A program made the translations under genes and the position numbers. This document shows, piece after piece, positions 8,677 through 17,318 of a stretch of DNA of 45,714 nt. The notes under the pieces were generated by a model, which was not told the DNA's origin, did not search any database, and was given only the letters and a program-made list of their open reading frames with translations. The DNA comes from Euzebyaceae bacterium. Lineage in GTDB: Bacteria > Actinomycetota > Nitriliruptoria > Euzebyales > Egibacteraceae. How positions within the stretch are numbered: the first letter of the stretch is position 1; every line of letters starts with the position of its first letter. Location: the NCBI GenBank assembly GCA_013812395.1, contig JACCTL010000061.1:1-45714 (forward strand). Direction: 5' to 3'.

Positions 8677-8710
8677 GCACTGGTCAGCGCACTGGTCAGC
8701 GCACTAGTCA
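8677..8710 (+). repeat. three tandem 12-mers: GCACTGGTCAGC, GCACTGGTCAGC, GCACTAGTCA
   Basis: Read directly at 8677-8688, 8689-8700 and 8701-8710, about 95 bp upstream of the histidine kinase start. Confidence 0.85.
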
Positions 8711-8804
8711 TATTGAAGGGCCGCAAGATGACCCGTTGCCGGCAGCGGCCCGCGGGCAACACTGGAAGTAATGTTCGCTAGCCAGCCGCGCTGCAGGAGC
8801 TATC

Positions 8805-10136
8805 TTGACTCAGCCCGTTGAGCACGTCCTGGCGGCCCTGCCGCGAGGCAACTCGCTGGACGACAGATCCTGGGAACGACGCCACCGGCTGCTGCTGTGG
8901 CTGCTGGTGGCTCACGTGCCGGCGTTGCTGGTGGCTGGCTGGCTGGTCGGTCATTCGCCTCACCACCTGCTCGACGTGGCGCCGCTGGCGATCCTGGCCT
9001 GCGCCGGGATCTGGCTGCCTCGCCGTGGTCTGCGCACCGGGGCGGTCACCCTGGGGCTGGTCATGTCGGCCGCGGCGTTCGTGCACCTGACCGGCGGCGC
9101 GGTCGAGGCGCACTTCCACTACTTCGTGGTCTTCGGCCTCATCGGCTTGTACCAGGACTGGCGGCCGTATCTGCTGGCCGTCTGCTACGTGGTGGTCAGC
9201 CACGGATTGCTGGAAAGGTTGTACCCGGGCGGTATCTACAGCGATCCACGTGCCCTAGAGAACCCATGGCGCTGGGCGATGATCCACGGTGGCTTCCTGC
9301 TGGCGGCCTCGGTCGGGCAGCTGGTGTTGTGGAGGATCGTCAAGCGTCAGCGCAGCGAGGCGCGCCAGTACTACACGGCGCTGTATGAGGGCGAACACGC
9401 CCTGGTTGAGCAGATGCGCCAGGCCCAGCAGCTCAAGGATGAACTGATTGCCATCGTTGGTCACGAGTTCCGCACGCCCCTGACGTCGATCGTCGGCTAC
9501 GCTCAGACCTTGACCGCGCGGATGGAGGACATGGACCGGCGGGCTGTCAAGGCCAGTGCCACCGCGATCACGCGGGAAGCCAAGCGACTGACGCGCCTGG
9601 TCGCAAACCTCTTGGCGGCGTCCGAGGAGGCCACGGGCGACGTCGACCACGTCACCGACCTGGCAGGGGTCAGCGACGCGGTCATCGGCGACCTCGACGA
9701 GCTGGCACCCGCGCTGGCCCGGCGCGTCAACGTGTCGGTGCCGGCCGGGCACCATGTGGCGATGCGTCCCGAGGCGGTCCACCAAGTCGTCTTCAACCTG
9801 CTGGACAACGCGGTCAAGTTCTCCGACCAGGCCACCGAGGTCGGCCTGACCAGCCGCCGTGACGAGCAGATGGTCGTGCTGGAGGTCACCAACGTCGGGC
9901 CCGAGATCGACGAAGCGGACCGAGGGCGCATCTTCGAGGCGTTCGTCCAGGCCGACTCATCGGACACCCGGCGCTACGGCGGCCTGGGGCTCGGGCTGCA
10001 CATCGTGCGTAAGGTCGTGGAGGCGCACGGCGGACGAGTGGGCCTGTTCGGCGAGGGCCCGCTGGTCATCTTCCGTACCTGGTTGCCGGCGGCGCAGGTC
10101 TCCCCGCAGCTGGTCGCGCCTGCGTCCTCGGCCTGA
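8805..10136 (+). CDS. sensor histidine kinase (polytopic N-terminus, HisKA, HATPase_c), orphan
   Basis: ORF 8805..10136, TTG start 5 nt after AGGAG (8795-8799). It has the H-box GHEFRTPLTSI, the N-box NLLDNAVKF and the G-box GGLGLGLHIV. No response regulator is adjacent. Confidence 0.85.
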   Translation: MTQPVEHVLAALPRGNSLDDRSWERRHRLLLWLLVAHVPALLVAGWLVGHSPHHLLDVAPLAILACAGIWLPRRGLRTGAVTLGLVMSAAAFVHLTGGAVEAHFHYFVVFGLIGLYQDWRPYLLAVCYVVVSHGLLERLYPGGIYSDPRALENPWRWAMIHGGFLLAASVGQLVLWRIVKRQRSEARQYYTALYEGEHALVEQMRQAQQLKDELIAIVGHEFRTPLTSIVGYAQTLTARMEDMDRRAVKASATAITREAKRLTRLVANLLAASEEATGDVDHVTDLAGVSDAVIGDLDELAPALARRVNVSVPAGHHVAMRPEAVHQVVFNLLDNAVKFSDQATEVGLTSRRDEQMVVLEVTNVGPEIDEADRGRIFEAFVQADSSDTRRYGGLGLGLHIVRKVVEAHGGRVGLFGEGPLVIFRTWLPAAQVSPQLVAPASSA

Positions 10137-10191
10137 GCCGTCGGGTAGAACAGGCATTACCGCCACCTCGGCGGAATCTACTTGGAGAGAT

Positions 10192-11253
10192 GTGGACCCT
10201 TCGACACGACGCCTGACCGAGTTCAGCCACGGCGCGGGGTGAGCGTGCAAGCTCGCCCCCGGCGAGCTGGCGCAGGTCCTGCGCCACCTGACCCCCGTCG
10301 CCGCCCCTGACCTGCTCGTCGGCACCGACACCGGTGACGACGCGGCGGTCTGGCGGCTGGATGCCGACCGAGCCTTGGTGGCCACGGTCGACTTCATCAC
10401 GCCTGTGGTCGACGACGCCCGCCTGTGGGGCAGAATCGCGGCCGCCAATGCCGCCTCGGACGTCTACGCGATGGGTGGTCGACCCCTGTTCGCGCTCAAC
10501 GTCGTGGGCTGGAACGCGGCCGAGCTGCCCGTCGCCCTGCTCGACGAGGTCCTGGCCGGCGCGGCGGAGGCCGCGCTGGACGGAGGCTGGGTGGTCGCCG
10601 GCGGTCACACCGTGGACGATCCCGAGCCAAAGTTCGGTCAGGCGGTCATCGGCGAGGTCCACCCCGATCGGATCCTGAGCAACGCGGGCGTGCGCGCTGG
10701 CCAGTCTCTGGTCCTGACCAAGGCGCTGGGCGTGGGGGTGGTGGCCACGGCGATCAAGCGCGGGCGGGCGCCGGCGGCGGTGGTCGAGGCCGCGGTGGCG
10801 TCGATGACGCGGCTCAACGCACAGGCGGCAGCCGCGGCGCTGACTGCGGGTGCCACCGGGGCCACCGACGTGACGGGCTTCGGGCTGCTGGGCCACCTGC
10901 GCAAGCTCGCGGAGGCCTCCAGGGTGGACGCCGAGATCGACGCCGCCGCCGTGCCGCTGCTGCCCGGCGCCCGCGAGCTCGCCGGGGCGGGCATGGTGCC
11001 GGGCGGGACCGCCCGCAACCTGGAATGGGTTCGACCGCGCCTCGACGTCGGTGGCGTCGATGACGTGACCGTCACGCTGCTCGCCGACGCGCAGACCTCG
11101 GGTGGCCTGCTGTTCGGCGCGCCCGCCGCCGCGGCAGTCGCCGCCGTGGAGGGCTTACGCCAGACCGGCCACGACGCGGCGGTCATCGGCACCGTCACCG
11201 ACGGCGCCGGCCGGATCCGCTTGCGCCCCTCGCCAAGGAGCGCAGCGCGTTGA
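10192..11253 (+). CDS. selD: selenide, water dikinase (selenophosphate synthetase) with selenocysteine encoded by in-frame TGA 10240-10242
   Basis: GTG 10192 follows GGAGAG and gives VDPSTRRLTEFSHGAG-TGA-ACKLAPGELAQVL.... This runs without another stop into ORF 10375..11253 (DFITPVVDD, GGHTVDDPEPKFG, TDVTGFGLLGH). The TGA is codon 17, the position of Cys17 in E. coli SelD (SHGAGCGCK). Confidence 0.85.
10250..10285 (+). promoter_or_regulatory. candidate SECIS region (two hairpins) downstream of the selD UGA
   Basis: AGCTCGCC (10250-10257) pairs with GGCGAGCT (10261-10268). GGCGCAG-GTC-CTGCGCC lies at 10269-10285 and has a GUC apical loop. Confidence 0.45.
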
Positions 11254-11696
11254 CGCGCGCGGAGATCCAAGGACGGATCGACCTCGACCGGCAGACCTTC
11301 GATGCCCTCGTGGCCCATGCCCGCAGCGACGCGCCGTACGAGGTCTGTGGCTTCCTCGCCGGGGCCGACGGGCAGGTGAACCGGCATTACCAGATCCCCA
11401 ACGCCGCACGGTCGATGACCTTCTACACCATGGACCCCAAGGCGATGCTGCGGGCCATGAACGACATGGACGACTCGGGCAGCGAGCTCATCGCGATCTA
11501 TCACAGCCACACCCACACCGAGGCCTTCCCCTCGGCGACCGACGTGGAGCTCGCCGCCTATCCCGACGCGGTGTACCTGATCGTCTCGCTGCAGGACGAC
11601 ACCCCCGTCGTGCGCGGCTTTGACATCGTCGAGGGCAAGATCACCGAGCGCAGTGTCTTCGTCGACGGCGCCCAAGCGCCCGGGGGTAATCGCTAG
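11250..11696 (+). CDS. mec: JAMM/MPN+ metalloprotease (CysO-cysteine peptidase, Mec+-like)
   Basis: It has the EVCGFLAG glutamate motif and the HSHTHTEAFPSATD JAMM motif. TTG 11250 overlaps the selD stop (TTGA). AAGGAG lies at 11235-11240. Confidence 0.85.
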   Translation: MTRAEIQGRIDLDRQTFDALVAHARSDAPYEVCGFLAGADGQVNRHYQIPNAARSMTFYTMDPKAMLRAMNDMDDSGSELIAIYHSHTHTEAFPSATDVELAAYPDAVYLIVSLQDDTPVVRGFDIVEGKITERSVFVDGAQAPGGNR

Positions 11697-11850
11697 CCGG
11701 CCTGCGTTTCGGCAGGTGCCGTGCGCGACGGCCAGCAAAGAGATGTGGGTTCTCTCATGAGAGCCTTACGGTCTGCTCATACCTGCGGCTCAGGCTTCAT
11801 GGCATGCGGCCTCCAACGCACTTCGCGGCAAGCCCCCTGGGGAACACGGC

Positions 11851-12540
11851 GTGAACGACGATGCTGCACGCATCCATCGAGCGATGGCGGGACCGGTGGG
11901 CTTGCGCAATCCACGCTCGCTGTGCTTCGCGCTGCCGCTGGGTCGGGGGGATCGGCTCGTTGTCGTCGGTTCGTTTCCGGAGGTGGTGCGCTCTGCGGGC
12001 GCCATGGGTGTTGACACCGTGTCAGTGCTCACCTCCAGGCAGCGTGAGGCTGCTCGACGCGGCGGCGAAGTGGCGATCGTGGATGCCGGTGACGCCGTGC
12101 CACTTGCCGACGGCTGGGCCGATCACCTCATCATCCCGGCGTTGCGCGATTGGCAGCGTTATCTCCTCGCGCGCGAGCTTGCGCGCATCGTGCGGCCCGG
12201 CGGTCACCTGTTCCTGGCCGCCAAGGCTGCATGGCGTCCAACGCGCGACAGGTCGGCGCTGACGCTGCGCCATGGTCGGCGGCTGCTGCGCAACGGCGGC
12301 TTCAAGGTCGTCGAGGAGTACGCCATGCGGCCCGGTCTGCACAACCCACATCATCTCGTACCGGTCGCCAGCAGCGAGGCGCTGCGCTGGTATGTGGAGT
12401 GCGCCTACCTACCGGTGACCGGCGGTGGCCTGCTCCACGCGCGCGTCCTGCGGCGAGTTCCCAGTCGCCTCTTGGCGTTGACGCTCTTCCCAGCGCTGGG
12501 TGTTCGCGCGCGGCGGACCGACGACGAGGTGACGCGGTGA
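11851..12540 (+). CDS. class I methyltransferase-fold protein with a degenerate SAM-binding loop
   Basis: ORF 11851..12540. LARIVRPGGHLFLA is a typical post-II methyltransferase segment. VVVGSFPE occupies the place of the glycine-rich motif I. The start could instead be ATG 11884. Confidence 0.55.
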   Translation: MNDDAARIHRAMAGPVGLRNPRSLCFALPLGRGDRLVVVGSFPEVVRSAGAMGVDTVSVLTSRQREAARRGGEVAIVDAGDAVPLADGWADHLIIPALRDWQRYLLARELARIVRPGGHLFLAAKAAWRPTRDRSALTLRHGRRLLRNGGFKVVEEYAMRPGLHNPHHLVPVASSEALRWYVECAYLPVTGGGLLHARVLRRVPSRLLALTLFPALGVRARRTDDEVTR

Positions 12541-13553
12541 TCGGCACGATTCTGGAGGAGATCGCGGGCGCCGGCATCAACATCCACGCTCACGTCCCGC
12601 CGTCGTTCGCCCGCGTTCAGATGGGCAGCCGTCGTGAGGGACGGGCGGTGTGGGCGCTGTTCGCCAATCGGCGAGCAACGCCCTCGGTCATCATCAAGGT
12701 GGATCACAGCGCCCGTTATCGCCATCGACTGGTCGCCGAACACGAAGCCCTTACCGCCTTGCGGCCACGCGAGGACCTCACCGGCACCGTGCCGCGGCCG
12801 TTGGGCTTGGTGCGCACGAAACGCCGGATCATCGTGATCCAGACCGGCCTGCCCGGGCGTCCCATGAACGTCGTGCTGCGCCAGCGCGGTCGGGCCTCGG
12901 CGAGGATCAGCGCACGTGATCACGAAGGCACCTTCGACTGGCTGTCCACCCTTCAGAGTCGGCCGCCGGCCGGGACGGTGACGATCCACCCGGACGCGGT
13001 GCACGAGCGTGTCGCGACGGCAGTGGGCGAACCTTTGGATCGCCAGCGGGCGTTCTTGCGGCATGTGCGCGATCTCGGGACGGCCATCGGCCAAGTGCAG
13101 TTGCCCCTGCTGCCCGGGCATGGCGATCTGGGAACCAGCAACTGCCTGTTGGATCGGTCGGCCGTACGGGTCATCGACTGGGAGGGCGGTGCCCACCCGC
13201 GCACGCCGATCGAGGACGCGGTGCTGCTGCTAAACCACTACGCGCGGGCGCTGCCCGTCTCCCACCTACCGCCCAACCGCTTCGACGCCTTCCACCGGGC
13301 CTTCCTCAACGGCGACTGGCTCGGTGAGTTGACCGCCCGATCATTCGGCCGGCACCTGCGGCGCCTGGGACTGCCCGTCGGCCTCGACGAGTACCTGTTC
13401 GTGGCGGCGTTGGCCGATCTGGCAACCGGGCACGCGCAGACCGCACATGTTGACGCCACCGTCACCTACTGGACGATGCTGCTGCGTAGCTACGCCGATC
13501 GATTCGCCGAATCAGTCTTGCGCGAACGGAGATCACCGGGTCGGGGACGCTAG
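12537..13553 (+). CDS. APH/choline-kinase-fold phosphotransferase
   Basis: GTG 12537 overlaps the upstream stop (GTGA). It has VIIKV (lysine), AEHEAL, the Brenner motif HGDLGTSNCLL and VIDWEG. Confidence 0.8.
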   Translation: MIGTILEEIAGAGINIHAHVPPSFARVQMGSRREGRAVWALFANRRATPSVIIKVDHSARYRHRLVAEHEALTALRPREDLTGTVPRPLGLVRTKRRIIVIQTGLPGRPMNVVLRQRGRASARISARDHEGTFDWLSTLQSRPPAGTVTIHPDAVHERVATAVGEPLDRQRAFLRHVRDLGTAIGQVQLPLLPGHGDLGTSNCLLDRSAVRVIDWEGGAHPRTPIEDAVLLLNHYARALPVSHLPPNRFDAFHRAFLNGDWLGELTARSFGRHLRRLGLPVGLDEYLFVAALADLATGHAQTAHVDATVTYWTMLLRSYADRFAESVLRERRSPGRGR

Positions 13554-13596
13554 CCTTTCAGTCCCCACCGTCAACCCGGGAGCGTGTCGGAAACCA

Positions 13597-13872
13597 ATGG
13601 CCATCGAAGTCCGGATCCCCACCGTCCTGCGCAAGCACACCGACGGTGAGGGCAAGGTGAGCGGCGAGGGCTCGACACTGGCCGAGCTGTTCGACGACCT
13701 CGGGGGGCGCAACCAAGGGCTGCACCAAGCGCTGGTCGGTAGCGACGGGCAGTTGCACCGTTTCATCAACGTCTACCTCAACGACGAGGACGTCCGCTTC
13801 CTCGGCGGCATCCAGACGCCGCTGCAGGACGGCGACACGGTCTCCATTCTTCCGGCCGTCGCCGGGGGCTGA
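13597..13872 (+). CDS. cysO: MoaD/ThiS-family sulfur carrier protein CysO
   Basis: ATG 13597. It is 91 aa and ends ...SILPAVAGG (C-terminal Gly-Gly). It sits directly before cysM. Confidence 0.85.
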   Translation: MAIEVRIPTVLRKHTDGEGKVSGEGSTLAELFDDLGGRNQGLHQALVGSDGQLHRFINVYLNDEDVRFLGGIQTPLQDGDTVSILPAVAGG

Positions 13873-13878
13873 TCGGCG

Positions 13879-14823
13879 ATGCCCGCGCGCGACATCAGCC
13901 AAGCCGTCGGCGGCACGCCACTGGTCGGATTGCCTTCGATGTCGCCGCCCGGCTACTCGCTGTATCTCAAGCTGGAGGGGCACAACCCCACCGGTTCGGT
14001 CAAGGATCGGGTCGCGGCCTACCTCATCGCCGCCGCCGAGCGCTCCGGCAAGCTGCACCAGGGCTCCCGGGTGCTGGAGCCGACCTCGGGCAACACCGGT
14101 ATCGCCCTGGCCGCGATCTGCGCACCAAAGGGCTACAAGTTGACCTGCGTCCTGCCGGAGAACACCTCGCAGGAGCGGCGCGTGCTGCTGTCGCTGTACG
14201 GCGTCGACATCGTGTCCAGCCCGGCCGGGGAGGGATCCAACGGCGCGGTCCGCGTCGCGCGTGAGATGGCCGCCGACGACCCCGATCTGTACATGCCATT
14301 CCAGTACGGCAATCCCGCCAACCCGCAGGCGCACTACGAGACCACGGCACCGGAGATCCTGCGCGACCTTCCCGACGTCGGCGCCCTGGTGGCTGGTCTG
14401 GGCACCGGTGGAACGCTGACAGGCGCCGGGCGGCGCTTCAAAGAACACGATCCGCAGATCAGGATCTTCGCCGCCGAACCGGAGTACGGTGATCTGGTCT
14501 ACGGGCTGCGCAACATCGACGAGGGCTTCGTGCCCCCAGTGCTCGACACCTCGGTACTCGACGGCCGGATCAAGGTCGACTCGCTCAAGGCGCTGCGGGC
14601 GACCCGCGACCTGGCGACAGCCGAGGGCATCTTCGCCGGCGTTTCGACGGGCGCGGCCCTGGCGGTAGCGCTGCGGGTGTGCGATCCGCGCCGCCTGCCC
14701 GAGGGCACCAAGATCGTCGTCGTCTCGCCGGACGGGGGATTCAAGTACCTGTCGACCGGCGCCTACGCTCCCGGCGACGTCGCCGGCATCGCCGAGGGGC
14801 TGTCACAGACGCTGTGGGCCTGA
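13879..14823 (+). CDS. cysM: cysteine synthase B / O-phosphoserine sulfhydrylase
   Basis: It has the PLP-lysine motif NPTGSVKDR, plus TSGNTGIALA and GLGTGGTLTG. Confidence 0.9.
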   Translation: MPARDISQAVGGTPLVGLPSMSPPGYSLYLKLEGHNPTGSVKDRVAAYLIAAAERSGKLHQGSRVLEPTSGNTGIALAAICAPKGYKLTCVLPENTSQERRVLLSLYGVDIVSSPAGEGSNGAVRVAREMAADDPDLYMPFQYGNPANPQAHYETTAPEILRDLPDVGALVAGLGTGGTLTGAGRRFKEHDPQIRIFAAEPEYGDLVYGLRNIDEGFVPPVLDTSVLDGRIKVDSLKALRATRDLATAEGIFAGVSTGAALAVALRVCDPRRLPEGTKIVVVSPDGGFKYLSTGAYAPGDVAGIAEGLSQTLWA

Positions 14824-14915
14824 CCGACCGTCGTGGAGCTATGACGGCCTGACCGGCCGCCACGCAGGCACGACGGCATGGCCGGCGGATCAGCGGGCAG
14901 CGGTCCGGGCCCGCT

Positions 14916-14921
14916 TACACT
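14916..14921 (+). promoter_or_regulatory. possible -10 hexamer TACACT for a leaderless murI transcript
   Basis: It matches TANNNT and ends 8 nt before ATG 14930. No Shine-Dalgarno sequence lies in between. Confidence 0.25.
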
Positions 14922-14929
14922 GCGCGGCG

Positions 14930-15853
14930 ATGACCAACGACCGCAGTGGCGCAGCGCCACCAGGGCCGCTAGTTGGGGACCCGCGCCCAATCGGCGTGTT
15001 CGACTCGGGCGTCGGCGGTCTGACGGTGGCGCGGGCGCTGATGGACCTGCTGCCCGACGAGCGGATCGTGTACTTCGGTGACACCGCCCGGGGACCGTAC
15101 GGTCCTCGCGACCTGGACACCGTCCGTCGCTTCACGGCCGAGATCGTGGACTGGCTCGCTGCGCAGGACACCAAACTGGTCGTCGCGGCGTGCAACACCG
15201 CCACCGCCGCGGCGCTGGAGCCGTCGGCGTCGGGGCCGCTGCGTTTCGACGTCCCGGTGGTCGGCGTCATCCGGCCCGCCGTCGACACAGCGGTCCGCGC
15301 GACGCGCAACGGCCGCATCGGCGTCATCGGCACGGTCGGCACGGTGGCGTCGGGCGCTTACGACCGGGCGGTCGCCGAGGTCGCCGCTAACGTCAAGGTC
15401 TTCAGCCAGGCGTGTCCACGCTTCGTGGAGCTGGTTGAACAGGGCCGCACGACCGACCCTTACGTCCTCGACGTCGCCGCGGACTACCTGGGCCCGATGG
15501 TGGCCGCGGGTGTTGACACACTCATCCTTGGCTGCACGCACTATCCCTTGCTCACGGGGGTGCTGACCTACGTCATGGGGCGTGGTGTGGTGCTGGTGTC
15601 CTCGGCCGAGGAGACCGCCCGCCGGGTGTTCGTCGACCTGGTCGACCGTCAGGCGCTGGCCCACGGCGAGCCGGTCCGCGCCGGTCACCGCTTCGTCGCC
15701 AGCGGCGCCCCGGCGTCGTTCGCACAGCTCGGCGCCCGCTTCCTAGGCCCACGACTGACGGCCGTGGACGTCGAACGCCGGGTGCCCGGCGTCTCCCAGC
15801 CGGTGCCGGTCGCGGGCCGCGCCGCCGCAGCCCGCGGTGGGGGCAGTCGTTGA
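14930..15853 (+). CDS. murI: glutamate racemase
   Basis: It has GVFDSGVGGLTV, VVAACNTATA and LGCTHYPLL, the two catalytic Cys motifs. Confidence 0.9.
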   Translation: MTNDRSGAAPPGPLVGDPRPIGVFDSGVGGLTVARALMDLLPDERIVYFGDTARGPYGPRDLDTVRRFTAEIVDWLAAQDTKLVVAACNTATAAALEPSASGPLRFDVPVVGVIRPAVDTAVRATRNGRIGVIGTVGTVASGAYDRAVAEVAANVKVFSQACPRFVELVEQGRTTDPYVLDVAADYLGPMVAAGVDTLILGCTHYPLLTGVLTYVMGRGVVLVSSAEETARRVFVDLVDRQALAHGEPVRAGHRFVASGAPASFAQLGARFLGPRLTAVDVERRVPGVSQPVPVAGRAAAARGGGSR

Positions 15854-16599
15854 GCCTGCGGCTGACGGTGCTCGGCTGTGCCGGCACCCACCCCGGGCCA
15901 GCGCGCATGTGCTCGTCGTACCTGCTGGAAACGCCGGACTACCGGCTGCTGGTGGACTGCGGCAACGGTTCGCTGAGCAACCTGCAGCAGCGCTGGGACG
16001 TCGCCGACATCGACGCGGTGCTGATCAGCCACCTGCACCCCGACCACTTTTCTGACCTGTACGGCCTGTACTACACGCTGCGCTTCCACCCCGACGGTCC
16101 GCTCTCGGTGCCCGTCTACGCGCCGGGCGGGGCGCAGCGGCACCTGGCGCAGGTGGTCAACGACGACGGCGAGTTCGCCAACCGCCTGCATTTCCACGCC
16201 GCCTCGGCGGGGAGCCGCTTGCAGCTGGGACCGCTGACCCTGGACCTGTTCCGCGCCAACCATCCCGTCGAGACGCTGGCGCTCCGCGTCGCCACCGACC
16301 GCGTGGTCGTGGCCTACAGCGCTGATAGCGCCGCCACACCGGCGTTGACCGAGGCCGCCCGCGACGCCGACCTGTTTCTGTGCGACGCGACCTGGCTGGA
16401 GCGGCACCGTCCGCTACCTTCCGGCATCCACATGACCGGCGCCGAGGCCGGCCGGCAAGCCGCGGACGCGGGCGCCGCCCGGCTGCTGGTGACACACGTC
16501 ATCCCCTCAAACGACCCGGCCGAGGTCGCCGCCGAAGCCGCGGCCAACTACGACGGGGAGGTCCTGGTGGCCAACGACATGTTCTCGATCGAGCTGTGA
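15850..16599 (+). CDS. MBL-fold metallo-hydrolase
   Basis: It has the [10 protein letters not shown] (HxHxDH) motif. The TTGA overlap with murI is at 15850-15853. Confidence 0.85.
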   Translation: MSLRLTVLGCAGTHPGPARMCSSYLLETPDYRLLVDCGNGSLSNLQQRWDVADIDAVLISHLHPDHFSDLYGLYYTLRFHPDGPLSVPVYAPGGAQRHLAQVVNDDGEFANRLHFHAASAGSRLQLGPLTLDLFRANHPVETLALRVATDRVVVAYSADSAATPALTEAARDADLFLCDATWLERHRPLPSGIHMTGAEAGRQAADAGAARLLVTHVIPSNDPAEVAAEAAANYDGEVLVANDMFSIEL

Positions 16600-17318
16600 C
16601 GCGCAGCGACGGGCGCAGCAACGACGCTCTGCGGCCGGTGTCGGTCCGCACGGGGGTGCAGGAGTTCGCCGAAGGCTCGGCGCTGGTCAGTTTCGGTCGC
16701 ACCCAGGTCCTGTGCGCGGCCAGCCTCGATACCGGCGTTCCCCGCTGGCGGCAGGGCTCGGGACTGGGCTGGGTGACCGCCGAGTATTCGATGCTGCCCC
16801 GCGCCACCAGCGAGCGCACGGCCCGCGAGTCGACGCGGGGCCGCGTCGGCGGCCGCACCCACGAGATCCAGCGGCTGATCGGGCGCTCTCTGCGGGCCGC
16901 AGTCGATCTCGCCGACCTGCGCGAGCACACCATTCAGGTCGACTGCGACGTCCTGCAGGCCGACGGTGGCACCCGCACGGCCGCCATCACCGGGGCGTGG
17001 GTGGCACTGGCGCTGGCGATCGACGAGATGGTCCGCCGTGGCCTACGGCCCTCCAGGCCGACCATGACCCCGCTGGCCGCCGTGAGCGTCGGCGTTGTCG
17101 CAGGGGAGCCGATGCTGGATCTGTGCTACGCCGAGGACGTCGTCGCCGACACCGACTGCAACGTGGTCATGACCGGTGACGGGCGGTTCGTCGAGGTGCA
17201 GTCCACCGCTGAGCACGACCCGTTCAGCCGCGCGCAGCTCGACCGGATGCTGGAGCTGGCGACCGACGGCTGCCGTGCCCTGTTCAAGGTGCAGCAGGCG
17301 GCGGTGGAGGGGGCGTGA
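16596..17318 (+). CDS. rph: ribonuclease PH
   Basis: GTG 16596 overlaps the upstream stop. It has [27 protein letters not shown] and [19 protein letters not shown]. Confidence 0.9.
   Translation: MTRSDGRSNDALRPVSVRTGVQEFAEGSALVSFGRTQVLCAASLDTGVPRWRQGSGLGWVTAEYSMLPRATSERTARESTRGRVGGRTHEIQRLIGRSLRAAVDLADLREHTIQVDCDVLQADGGTRTAAITGAWVALALAIDEMVRRGLRPSRPTMTPLAAVSVGVVAGEPMLDLCYAEDVVADTDCNVVMTGDGRFVEVQSTAEHDPFSRAQLDRMLELATDGCRALFKVQQAAVEGA

Noticed and set aside
6738-8804. Track ORFs inside intergenic regions (6748..6981, 6779..7048, 6832..7032, 6963..7160, 8541..8771).
   Set aside because: They show no third-position G/C bias and no motifs, and they overlap each other in all frames.
10240-10242. 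Treating TGA 10240-10242 as a real stop, which would make selD 5'-truncated or a pseudogene.
   Set aside because: The frame is open and highly SelD-like on both sides. The TGA falls exactly on the catalytic Cys/Sec codon of the conserved SHGAG-x-xCK motif.
10638-11738. A 366-aa minus-strand ORF across selD and mec.
   Set aside because: It is antisense to two motif-rich genes and has low-complexity composition.
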